The notes under the pieces are model-generated. The model made no database searches and was not told the origin of the DNA. It was given only the letters and a program-made list of their open reading frames with translations. The translations under genes and the position numbers were made by a program. From Burkholderiales bacterium (GTDB taxonomy: Bacteria; Pseudomonadota; Gammaproteobacteria; Burkholderiales; SG8-39): a stretch of DNA of 64,000 bases. The stretch is taken from the NCBI GenBank assembly GCA_020848075.1, contig JADLAV010000021.1, forward strand, positions 5,421-69,420, given 5' to 3'. Positions 53,256 through 61,824 of the stretch are shown here, piece after piece; position 1 is the stretch's first letter; every line of letters begins with the position of its first letter.

Positions 53256-54596
53256 CTAGCGCCTGCCGCCGCCGCCGCGACCGCCGCCGCCGCCGCGACC
53301 GCCACCGCCGCTCGGGCGTGCGCCGCCGCCTGCACCCGCCCGTGAGGCGCCGCCGCCGCTCGACCGTGCGCCCGCACCGGCACCGCCACGACTGGCCCCC
53401 ATCGACTGGTTGCTGGCGCGGCCGCGGTCGACGTCGCGCTGCGCCGCCGCGCCGCCGCCTACGCCCTGGAAGGCGTTGTCGCGACCGCCGGTACCCGGTC
53501 CGCCGCGATCGGCGACGCCCGGTCCGCCGCGATCGGCGACGCCCGGTCCGCCACGATCGGCGACGCCCGGTCCGCCACGATCACCCGGACCGCCGCGATC
53601 GCCTGGGCCGCCACGATCACCCGGACCGCCGCGATCACCCGCGCCGGCACGTTCCCCAGGGCCGCCTTCGCGCCCGCGGTAATCGCGGCGCGCATCGGCC
53701 CCAGCGACGTCCTTGCCGTATTTCTGGCGGCTCGCGTTGTCCCGGTACGCGACACCCTGGCGATGGCCCCGATCGTGCTGCCACTGTCCCCCGCCGCCTA
53801 CCTTGGTGCGATCGAAGTTCCGGTCGATGTTGGCCGCCTTGTTCACGTTGATGTTGACGTCGCCACGACCCCAGTTGGCGCCGCCGAAGATCGCCCCTGC
53901 CGCTGCGATACCGACGCCCCAGGCAAAGCCTGCCATGAGCGCGCCGCCAGGATAGTAGTAAGGGGACGGCGGCCAGTAATAGGGCGGGTATCCCGGGTAC
54001 GCCCAGCCGCCGTAGACGACCGTCGGGTTGTACGCCGGCACGTATATCACTTCCGGGTTGGCCGGCTCGATCCTGACCACCGTCTGCTGCGCTTCCTGCT
54101 CGACGATCACCTTCTGCTGCTCGTTCGACTTGAGGTTGCCCGAGCTCTCCGCGCGGCTCCGCAATCGCTGCACGGCGTCGAGCACCGCCTTCTGGTCGGC
54201 GAGGAACGCGTCGCCGAGCTTCTGCGTCCAGTCGAGCTTCTGGTCCATCGGCTCCAGGATCTGCGGAAACGCGACGAGCGATTTGACGCTCACGTCCCAG
54301 GTCTCGTTTTCCACCGCCTTCACCGCCGCGTCCCCTTTGACGTCCGGATGGGCCTTGACCCACCGCGCGGCCTGCACGACCTCCAGCGGATAGGTCGATG
54401 CCATCAGCACCTGCGTCAGCAGCGAATCGGGATAGAGCGCGATCGGCGCGACGAGCGCCTCGATCTCCTCGGGCTTGAAGGGCGGCGGCTCGCTCCCGGT
54501 CTGGGTCTGGGCGCGCGCGACGCCCCCGCCGGCCGCGGTGAACACGAAAAGGCACGCGAACAGGAACCGCGCGAAACGATTGCTCCAGGATTTCAT
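53256..54596 (-). CDS. DUF3300-family secreted protein with Gly/Arg-rich repetitive C-terminal tail
   Basis: Trimmed to ATG 54596 (MKSWSNRFARFLFACLFVFTAAGGGVARAQ). LVAPIALYPDSLLTQVLMASTYPLEVVQAARW is the DUF3300 core. The tail is (GDRGGP)n (VADRGGPG)n ...GGGRGGGGGRGGGGRR. Confidence 0.88.
   Translation of the reverse strand: MKSWSNRFARFLFACLFVFTAAGGGVARAQTQTGSEPPPFKPEEIEALVAPIALYPDSLLTQVLMASTYPLEVVQAARWVKAHPDVKGDAAVKAVENETWDVSVKSLVAFPQILEPMDQKLDWTQKLGDAFLADQKAVLDAVQRLRSRAESSGNLKSNEQQKVIVEQEAQQTVVRIEPANPEVIYVPAYNPTVVYGGWAYPGYPPYYWPPSPYYYPGGALMAGFAWGVGIAAAGAIFGGANWGRGDVNINVNKAANIDRNFDRTKVGGGGQWQHDRGHRQGVAYRDNASRQKYGKDVAGADARRDYRGREGGPGERAGAGDRGGPGDRGGPGDRGGPGDRGGPGVADRGGPGVADRGGPGVADRGGPGTGGRDNAFQGVGGGAAAQRDVDRGRASNQSMGASRGGAGAGARSSGGGASRAGAGGGARPSGGGGRGGGGGRGGGGRR
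53494..53637 (-). repeat. In-frame tandem repeats inside the DUF3300 gene
   Basis: Three 24-bp units CCCGGTCCGCC(G/A)CGATCGGCGACG, followed by four 18-bp units of the type CCGGACCGCCGCGATCAC. They encode VADRGGPG and GDRGGP repeats. Confidence 0.9.
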
Positions 54597-54744
54597 GCGC
54601 ACATTATCTCCATCTCGCGTCCGGACCGCGAGTCGGCGTGCCGCGAACGAAGCCGTCCGCCGGGCTGCCGGCCGGGGTCCAACCGAGGCGCTTGGTTTCT
54701 GCGTGGGCGCTTGAGAAACGGTACTGCCGGCAGCCCGTCCCGGC

Positions 54745-54766
54745 AAATCCTACTTTGGTCGGATTC
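54745..54766 (+). repeat. 22-bp palindrome family, copy e: AAATCCTAC-TTTG-GTCGGATTC
   Basis: Read directly from the sequence. Lies 149 nt upstream of DUF3300 ATG 54596. Confidence 0.9.
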
Positions 54767-55172
54767 TCGCCCGGCTGTCGGAACCCGTACGCGCCCGTTG
54801 TCCATGCGGAATGCGCCCGCGGCACGCCCGGGTGTCGGCGAGATGCCGTGAACGTGAACGCACCCTCTGGCACGAAGAGCCTCCGATAGAGGGCGTCTTC
54901 GCTCGAGCTCGCCACGGACGCGAGGCGCCCGTTGGAATCCGCGGGTTCGAGCGCGCGGATTTCGTCCGCACGCCCATCGCGCAGCGTCTCGGTCGCGAAG
55001 TACTGGGAAGCGTTCACGGGGCAGGACATCGGAGCAGGGCCAAGTATACGCAGACGCGCCGGTCGTTCCATCAGCCGCCGAGCCGAGCATCGATGTAAGC
55101 GCTTGCTCATAGCTCATCAGGTTCGGGACACACCCTTCTTGCAGCCGGCGGTCGCGCTGGAGGAGACTGTTA

Positions 55173-55186
55173 TTGCACTGCATCAA
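55173..55186. promoter_or_regulatory. Weak FNR/Anr-like box TTGCA-CTGC-ATCAA upstream of the DUF3141-pta-ackA operon
   Basis: 8 of 10 match. Lies 78-91 nt upstream of ATG 55264, a similar distance to the frd box. Confidence 0.2.
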
Positions 55187-55263
55187 ACTGCTACCCGGCT
55201 GGTAAAATGAACATTTGGCTGTCCGCGCGGACGGCCACCTCAGCCATTTCGGAGCCCGAGATC

Positions 55264-57588
55264 ATGACCGATGCAGGCAAGCAACTCGAGCGCAGCTACA
55301 CCCTCTCCTCGAAGTTCGCTCAACTGTTCCAGCATCGCGCGCGACTCGCGCAAACCCGTTATGGGGAGCGCCTGCAGGAGGCGCTCGCGGAGCAGATCGC
55401 CAACGCGACCGGGCAGTCGCGCTCGCCGTGGGAGTGGTGGACGGACTGGTACCACTACTCGGTCGACTTCGCCCAGCGCAGCGTGCTCTTCTGGGACACG
55501 CTCCGGCAGCGCGGCAACCAGTTCGCCGAGCGCGAGCGCGCCGGGTTGCCGCCGGTGCTCCACTTCGAGTACGAGACGGTGCTCGATGCGCGGCACTTCG
55601 AGCGCGCGGTGAATTACGCGCTCGTGCGCATCGTTCCGCCCGCCGGTGTGACGGTGGACGCCAAGCGGCGCCCGTACATCATCATCGACCCGCGCGCCGG
55701 CCACGGTCCGGGGATCGGCGGGTTCAAGGACGATTCGCAAGTGGGCGAGGCGCTGCGTGCCGGGCACCCGGTCTACTTCGTCATCTTCTTTCCCGAGCCC
55801 GAGCCGGATCAGACGATGCTCGACGTGTGTGCCGCAGAGCAGAAGTTCGTGCGTCGCGTGCGCGAGCTGCACCCGGACAGCCCGAAGCCGGCGATCGTGG
55901 GCAACTGCCAGGGCGGCTGGGCGGCGATGATGCTCGCCTCCTCGAGCCCCGAGGACACCGGGCCGATCGTGATCAACGGCGCGCCGATGTCCTACTGGGG
56001 CGGCGCGTTCAGCGAGGGCGAGGGCGACAACCCGATGCGCTATGCCGGCGGGATGCTCGGCGGCACCTGGCTCGCATCGCTCGCCGCGGACCTCGGCAAC
56101 GGGAAGTTCGACGGCGCCCATCTGGTGCAGAACTTCGAGACCCTCAACCCGGCGAACACGTACTGGAAGAAGAGCTACAACGTGTTCGCCAACGTCGACA
56201 CCGAGGCGCCGCGCTTCCTCGACTTCGAGCGGTGGTGGGGCGGCTTCTACCTGATGAACCGCGAGGAGATCGAGTGGATCACGCGGAACCTCTTCGTCGG
56301 CAACAAGCTGTGGTCGGGCGAGGTGAAGGCGCAGGCCGGCAAGGTCTTCGACCTGCGCGAGATCCGCTCGCCGATCGTCCTCTTCGCCTCGCTCGGCGAC
56401 AACATCACGCCGCCGCAGCAGGCCTTTAACTGGGTCGCCGACGTCTATGGCTCGACCGCGGAGATCAAGGCGCGCGGTCAGGTGATCGTCGGCCTCGTGC
56501 ATGGGGACGTGGGCCACCTCGGCATCTTCGTGTCGGGCAGGATCGCGAAGCGCGAGCACCGGCAGATCGTCTCGGTGCTGAAGTCGATCGAAGCGCTGCC
56601 GCCGGGACTGTATGCCATGCGGATCCGCGAGCACCGCGGGAAGGACGGCGCGGTCGAGTATGACGTCGAGGTCGAGGAGCGTCAGCTCGAAGAAGTGACC
56701 GCGCTGCTCAACCGGTTCAAGCGCGTCGACGAAGGGCCGTTCGAGGCGGTAGAGGCGGTCTCCGACTTCAACCAGCGCGCCTACGAGCTCTTCGCCCGAC
56801 CGCTCGTGCAGGCGACTGCGAACGACTTCACCGCGAAGCTCGGCCGCGAGTTCCATCCGCTGCGCTTCGAGAAGTGGTCGGTCTCCGACTTGAACCCGAT
56901 GCTGTGGTGGCTCGGGCCGCTCGCCCAGGCGGTGAAAGGGCAGCGCCAGCCCGTCGGCGCGGATCAGCGTCTGCGCAAGGCCGAGGCCGCGTACAGCGAG
57001 CTCGTCGCCGCGACACTCGACTACTACCGCGACCTGCGCGACGCGACGAGCGAGGCGCTCTTCTTCCAGACCTACGGCAACCTGTTTGCGCTGTACGTGG
57101 CCGACCGTGCGGAGCAGGAGCGGCGCACGACGGAAGTCCCGGCAGATCCGCGCGAGCTGCCGTTCGTCAGGGCGGCGCTTGCCGCGATCGCCGAAGGCGG
57201 CTACCCGGAAGCGCTCGCCCGCGCGGGAGAGCTGCTCGCCCGGCGCGGCATCCCGGTCCCGCTCGCGCGCATGGAGCTCAAGGCCGAGCTCGTGAAGGAG
57301 TGGGCCGGCTTGCTGCCCGACCTTCCGATTCACGAATGGAAGCGGATCCGCGGCGAGCAGGACGCGATCGTCAGCTTCGAGCCGGAGCAGGCGGTCGAGA
57401 CGCTGCCGCGGCTGCTCGCCGATCCGGCCGATCGCGCGCGGTTCCTGCAGCTCCTGGAGCGGGTGACGACCGATCCGCGCGTGCTCACCGTGCAGCTGAC
57501 GCCGGAGCAGGTGGCGATGGTCGCGCGGATGCGGAAGATTCTCGGGGCCGGCGCACCGCTGATCACCGTCGAGAGCGCTGTCCGCTAG
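55264..57588 (+). CDS. DUF3141-family alpha/beta-hydrolase-fold protein with a PhaC-like G-x-C-x-G-G box
   Basis: ORF 55207..57588. I prefer ATG 55264 (GGAG 9 nt upstream). RPYIIIDPRAGHGPGIGGFK...AIVGNCQGGWAAMMLA (Cys codon 55906..55908)...GDNITPPQQA...GHLGIFVS. Confidence 0.85.
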   Translation: MTDAGKQLERSYTLSSKFAQLFQHRARLAQTRYGERLQEALAEQIANATGQSRSPWEWWTDWYHYSVDFAQRSVLFWDTLRQRGNQFAERERAGLPPVLHFEYETVLDARHFERAVNYALVRIVPPAGVTVDAKRRPYIIIDPRAGHGPGIGGFKDDSQVGEALRAGHPVYFVIFFPEPEPDQTMLDVCAAEQKFVRRVRELHPDSPKPAIVGNCQGGWAAMMLASSSPEDTGPIVINGAPMSYWGGAFSEGEGDNPMRYAGGMLGGTWLASLAADLGNGKFDGAHLVQNFETLNPANTYWKKSYNVFANVDTEAPRFLDFERWWGGFYLMNREEIEWITRNLFVGNKLWSGEVKAQAGKVFDLREIRSPIVLFASLGDNITPPQQAFNWVADVYGSTAEIKARGQVIVGLVHGDVGHLGIFVSGRIAKREHRQIVSVLKSIEALPPGLYAMRIREHRGKDGAVEYDVEVEERQLEEVTALLNRFKRVDEGPFEAVEAVSDFNQRAYELFARPLVQATANDFTAKLGREFHPLRFEKWSVSDLNPMLWWLGPLAQAVKGQRQPVGADQRLRKAEAAYSELVAATLDYYRDLRDATSEALFFQTYGNLFALYVADRAEQERRTTEVPADPRELPFVRAALAAIAEGGYPEALARAGELLARRGIPVPLARMELKAELVKEWAGLLPDLPIHEWKRIRGEQDAIVSFEPEQAVETLPRLLADPADRARFLQLLERVTTDPRVLTVQLTPEQVAMVARMRKILGAGAPLITVESAVR

Positions 57589-57603
57589 CGCGTGGAGCAT
57601 CCC

Positions 57604-58551
57604 ATGGATGAGAAGCGAAAGCACGACAAGTACGAGCATCTGATTGCGCTGTGCAAGTCGCTCCCGCCCACGCCGACCGCGGTCGCGCATCCCTGCGACC
57701 GGAGCTCGCTCGAAGCCGCGCTCGACGCGGCCAAAGAGGGCCTGATCGCCCCGATCCTGGTCGGTCCGGCAGCGCGCATCAAGTCAGTCGCAGCCGAGAG
57801 CAAGCTCGACATCAACGGCCATCGGATCGTCGGCACCGCGCACAGCCACGAGTCGGCCGAGAAGGCGGTGGAGCTGGTGCGGCTCGGCGAGGCCGAGGCG
57901 CTCATGAAGGGCAGCCTGCACACCGACGAGCTGATGGCCGCGGTGGTCAAACGCGAGACCGGGCTGCGCACCGCGCGGCGCATCAGCCACTGCTTCGTGA
58001 TGGACGTGCCGAACCATCCCACGGCGCTCATGATCACCGACGCGGCCGTGAACATCGCGCCCACGCTCGAGGAGAAGGTCGACATCGTGCAGAACGCGAT
58101 CGACCTCGCCCATGCGCTCGGGGCGAAGGAGGTGCGGGTCGCCATCCTCTCGGCGATGGAGACGGTGAATCCCAACGTGCCCTCGACCGTCGAGGCGGCG
58201 GCGCTCTGCAAGATGGCCGACCGCGGCCAGATCACGGGGGCGATCCTCGACGGCCCGCTCGCGCTCGACAACGCGATCAGCCTGGCTGCGGCGAGGATCA
58301 AGAAGATCGACTCGCCGGTCGCCGGCCGCGCGAACGTCCTCGTCGTGCCCGATCTGGAGGCGGGGAACATGCTCGCCAAGAGCCTCACCTTCCTCGCCGG
58401 GGCGAATGCCGCGGGCATCGTGCTCGGCGCCAAGGTGCCGATCATCCTGACGAGCCGGGCGGACTCGGTGCTGACGCGGCTCGCTTCCTGCGCGGTGGCG
58501 GTGCTGGTGGCGAAGGCGCGGCGGGAGCAGGCCGAGAAGGCCGTGAGCTGA
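57604..58551 (+). CDS. pta: Phosphate acetyl/butyryl-transferase (PTA_PTB family, short form)
   Basis: ATG 57604 is 6 nt after GGAG (the ORF-track GTG 57592 is less likely). ...MKGSLHTDELM...ITDAAVNIAP...VVPDLEAGNMLAK... Confidence 0.88.
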   Translation: MDEKRKHDKYEHLIALCKSLPPTPTAVAHPCDRSSLEAALDAAKEGLIAPILVGPAARIKSVAAESKLDINGHRIVGTAHSHESAEKAVELVRLGEAEALMKGSLHTDELMAAVVKRETGLRTARRISHCFVMDVPNHPTALMITDAAVNIAPTLEEKVDIVQNAIDLAHALGAKEVRVAILSAMETVNPNVPSTVEAAALCKMADRGQITGAILDGPLALDNAISLAAARIKKIDSPVAGRANVLVVPDLEAGNMLAKSLTFLAGANAAGIVLGAKVPIILTSRADSVLTRLASCAVAVLVAKARREQAEKAVS

Positions 58552-58556
58552 CGCTC

Positions 58557-59741
58557 ATGGCCGACGCTTTCCTCGTCGTCAACGCCGGCTCCTCGAGCAT
58601 CAAGTTCTCGTTGTACATCGCGCACGCCGAGTCCCTCGGACTTGCGGTGCGCGGTCAGGTCGAGGGCCTGTTCACGAGCCCGCACTTCGCAGCGAAGAAC
58701 GACGCGGGCGCGGTCGTGAGCGAGAAGGCCTGGGGCGAGGGCGCCAAGCTCGGTCATGCCGGCGCGCTCGATCACATCGCCGGGTTCATCCGCGGCGAGC
58801 TCGCCGAGCATCGCGTGGTCGGGGTCGGTCACCGGGTCGTGCACGGCGGGCTCGAGTACACGCGGCCGGTGCGCGTCAATGCGGACGTGGTCGCGGCGCT
58901 AGAGAAGTTCATCCCGCTCGCGCCGTTGCACCAGCCGCACAACCTGACCCCGATTCGCCTCCTCCTCGAGCGGCAGCCCGGGCTCGCGCAGGTCGCGTGC
59001 TTCGACACCTCGTTTCACCGGACAAACCCAGAGATCGCACAGCGCTTCGCGCTTCCCGCGGAGCTGCACGACGCCGGGGTTCGCCGCTACGGCTTCCACG
59101 GGCTCTCCTACGAGTACATTGCTTCGGTGCTGCCGCAGCACGATGCACAGGCCGCGCGCGGGAAGACGATCGTGCTGCACCTCGGCAACGGCGCGAGCAT
59201 GTGCGCGATCGAGGCCTGCGCGAGCATCGCGAGCACGATGGGGTTCACGGCCGTGGACGGTCTGCCGATGGGCACGCGCACCGGCGCGCTCGATCCCGGC
59301 GTGATCCTGTACCTGATGGACCAGCGCGGCATGGACGCGCGCGCGATCGAAAAGCTGATCTACAACCAGTCGGGGCTGCTCGGCGTTTCGGGCATCTCGA
59401 GCGACATGCGGACGCTTCTCGCGTCCGCAGACCCGCGCGCGAAGACCGCGATCGACCTCTACTGCTACCGCATCCGGCGCGAGCTCGGCTCGCTCGCCGC
59501 GGCGCTCGGCGGGCTGGACGCGATCGTGTTCACTGCCGGGATCGGCGAGAACTCGGCGGAGATCCGCGCGCGGGTGTGCCGCGACGCGGCCTGGCTCGGC
59601 GTGGAGCTCGACTCCGCCGCCAACGCGCGCGGCGGACCGCGGATCAGCGCGGCGGCGAGCCGGGTCTCGGCCTGGGCGATTCCGACCAACGAAGAGCTCA
59701 TGATCGCGCGCCACACGCGCAATCTGCTCGGCGCGGCCTGA
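58557..59741 (+). CDS. ackA: Acetate (propionate) kinase
   Basis: In-frame tail of ORF 57651..59741, starting at ATG 58557. FLVVNAGSSSIKFSLY, GHRVVHGG, RYGFHGLSYEY, FTAGIGENS, IPTNEE. Confidence 0.93.
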   Translation: MADAFLVVNAGSSSIKFSLYIAHAESLGLAVRGQVEGLFTSPHFAAKNDAGAVVSEKAWGEGAKLGHAGALDHIAGFIRGELAEHRVVGVGHRVVHGGLEYTRPVRVNADVVAALEKFIPLAPLHQPHNLTPIRLLLERQPGLAQVACFDTSFHRTNPEIAQRFALPAELHDAGVRRYGFHGLSYEYIASVLPQHDAQAARGKTIVLHLGNGASMCAIEACASIASTMGFTAVDGLPMGTRTGALDPGVILYLMDQRGMDARAIEKLIYNQSGLLGVSGISSDMRTLLASADPRAKTAIDLYCYRIRRELGSLAAALGGLDAIVFTAGIGENSAEIRARVCRDAAWLGVELDSAANARGGPRISAAASRVSAWAIPTNEELMIARHTRNLLGAA

Positions 59742-59815
59742 TCCGAAGGACTGCGGGCGTCCGCTCACCCTAGAACCTATCTCAAAATGCGAATGCGGTC
59801 GCGAACGAGGGGATA

Positions 59816-59873
59816 AACAAGGGGCTCGCCCCTTGTTCGATCCGGGATATACAAGGGGCAACCTGCCCCTTGT
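59816..59873. repeat. Two tandem GC-rich hairpins in the ackA-fabI spacer
   Basis: AACAAGGGGC-TC-GCCCCTTGTT (59816..59837) and ACAAGGGGCA-ACC-TGCCCCTTGT (59851..59873). Each is followed by TCG and there is no T-tract. Bracketed by a perfect 10-bp inverted repeat, ATCTCAAAAT 59779..59788 / ATTTTGAGAT 59910..59919. Confidence 0.8.
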
Positions 59874-59947
59874 TCGTACGACCTCAGTTTAGGAAGATGC
59901 ATGGCTGCGATTTTGAGATGGCTTCTGGAACCAGCGAGGACTTTGCA

Positions 59948-60730
59948 ATGACCCTGGACATCCCCCGCCCCGTGCTGAAGGGGCAGAAGGCGCTCGTCGT
60001 CGGCATCGCGAACGAGCACTCGATCGCCTACGGCTGCGCCGCCGCGTTCCGCGAGCTCGGCGCCGACCTCGCGGTCACCTACCTCAACGAGAAGGCGCGG
60101 CCGTACGTCGAGCCGCTCGCGAAGAAGCTCGAGGCGCCGATTTTCATGCCGCTCGACGTGTCGACCGGAGGCGAGCTCGAGGCGGTCTTCGAACGGGTCA
60201 CGAAGGCGTGGGGGCGGCTCGACATCCTGGTCCACTCGATCGCGTGGGCGCCCAAGGACGACCTCCAGGGCGGGCTTCTCAACTGCACCGCCGAGGGCTT
60301 CGCCAAGGCGATGGACATCTCCTGCCACTCGTTCGTCCGCATGGCGAGGCTCGCCGCGCCGCTGATGGCCGACGGCGGAACGATGTTCGCGATGAGCTAC
60401 CTCGGCGCGAACCGCGTGGTCGCGAACTACAACGTGATGGGGCCGGTGAAGGCGGCGCTCGAGGCCGCGTGCCGCTACCTCGCCTACGAGCTCGGGCCGC
60501 GGCAGATCCGCGTCCACCCGATTTCCCCGGGTCCGCTCAAGACCCGCGCCGCATCCGGGCTGAAGGACTTCGATCTGATGTTGAACGAGGCGGTCGGAAA
60601 GGCGCCGGTCGGCGAGCTCGTCGACATCATGGACGTCGGCTTCGCCTGCGCGTATCTCGCGACGCCCTTCGCGCGCCGGATGACCGGCGACACGGTGTAC
60701 GTGGACGGCGGCGTCAGCATCATGGCCTGA
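59948..60730 (+). CDS. fabI: Enoyl-[acyl-carrier-protein] reductase (NADH), FabI-type SDR
   Basis: Trimmed to ATG 59948 (GAGGA 7 nt upstream). KALVVGIANEHSIAYG, SIAWAP, Y..MGPVKAALE, ISPGPLKTRAASG. Confidence 0.9.
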   Translation: MTLDIPRPVLKGQKALVVGIANEHSIAYGCAAAFRELGADLAVTYLNEKARPYVEPLAKKLEAPIFMPLDVSTGGELEAVFERVTKAWGRLDILVHSIAWAPKDDLQGGLLNCTAEGFAKAMDISCHSFVRMARLAAPLMADGGTMFAMSYLGANRVVANYNVMGPVKAALEAACRYLAYELGPRQIRVHPISPGPLKTRAASGLKDFDLMLNEAVGKAPVGELVDIMDVGFACAYLATPFARRMTGDTVYVDGGVSIMA

Positions 60731-60749
60731 CGCTGCCGCGGCGTCCTGA

Positions 60750-61076
60750 TCAGGTGCGGCCGCCGAGCTTGTCGCCGAACTTCTGCCGCAGGCGGGCGAC
60801 GATCTCGATCACGATCCGGTTCGTCTCCTCGACACCGAGGTCCTCGAGCGCACGGTCGCGCACCGCATAGTGCATGCCGATCACCGCGCGCAGCTTCTTG
60901 AAGGCGAGCTCGTTCCTCGAGCCGCAGACGGAGATGTCGTTGCGGATGATTCGCTCGATCACGCCGGGGTCGAGCACCTGCACTTGGCAGATTGCCGCAA
61001 GTCGCGCAATCTCCTGGTCGACGGTGTCGAGTTGCGCCGCCCACGAGCCCTGGGTGGTATCCCGAGGATCGCTCAT
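60750..61076 (-). CDS. Hypothetical protein
   Basis: Trimmed to ATG 61076 (AAGGAG 9 nt upstream). 108 aa, MSDPRDTTQGSWAAQLDTVDQEIARLAAICQ... Good G/C third-position frame. I do not recognise a family. Confidence 0.6.
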   Translation of the reverse strand: MSDPRDTTQGSWAAQLDTVDQEIARLAAICQVQVLDPGVIERIIRNDISVCGSRNELAFKKLRAVIGMHYAVRDRALEDLGVEETNRIVIEIVARLRQKFGDKLGGRT

Positions 61077-61208
61077 CGGTTCACGCTCCTTTGTTCGTTG
61101 GCGCACGTCGGAGAAACGGCGGTGGAGGGCCGATCCCTCCGCCGGCGCGAACGCTGGATCGACGACGCGCGGCCTTTCCAATACGAGGCCTATTCTATCT
61201 GAACTTGC

Positions 61209-61817
61209 CTACCGCGCCGCCTCGCCGACGAGCTCCGCAGAGCTCACCAGGCGGTCGAACTCGGGCAGGTAGCGCTCGAAGTAGTGCAGCTTGGCGCCCT
61301 GGAACCAGGCGCCGTAGAGCTTGCCGTTCCGGATCGTGCCGACGAATACGCCTGCCCGCTCGACCTCGTCGCGGCCGAGCAGACGCGTCTCGAAGCGAAA
61401 GCCGCGTCCGCCCGCGATCGGCTCGGCCTTGAGGTTGCGCCCTTCGGCGATCGTGGTCCGGAAGTACCGCGCGGCCGTCGCCTCCAGAAGCTCCTGGATC
61501 TCCACCGGGTTCATCTTGGACCGGAACACCGGCGGCTTCTCCTCTCCGCTTGCCGCCGCCGCGCGCCGCGTGAAGAGCGGCTCGCCGTCGGTCACGCCGG
61601 TGAAGAAGACGAGCGTGTTGAGCGCAGGACCGTCGAGCGTCCACACCTCGACCTTGCCCTCGACGCCCGGCGTCGTGATCTTGTTCCACTTCGTTCCCGG
61701 CGCGACCGAGATGACCCCGCCGACGGTCTGCCGCTCCGGCGTGACGAGCGTGAACTGCGCGCAACCTGCGGCGAGCAGCAGGAGAGCGGCGGCGAGGATC
61801 GAGCGCATGGGCATCAT
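61209..61817 (-). CDS. Lipoprotein, function unknown
   Basis: ATG 61817, 61814 or 61808. MMPMRSILAAALLLLAAGC lipobox. Starts 7 nt after the M48 protease stop. Confidence 0.75.
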   Translation of the reverse strand: MMPMRSILAAALLLLAAGCAQFTLVTPERQTVGGVISVAPGTKWNKITTPGVEGKVEVWTLDGPALNTLVFFTGVTDGEPLFTRRAAAASGEEKPPVFRSKMNPVEIQELLEATAARYFRTTIAEGRNLKAEPIAGGRGFRFETRLLGRDEVERAGVFVGTIRNGKLYGAWFQGAKLHYFERYLPEFDRLVSSAELVGEAAR

Positions 61818-61824
61818 GGCGGGC

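Noticed and set aside
53494-53637. Tandem repeats considered as a CRISPR-like array
   Set aside because: The units are contiguous with no spacers, have 24/18-bp periods (multiples of 3), and lie in frame inside the DUF3300 coding sequence. No cas genes are present in the window.
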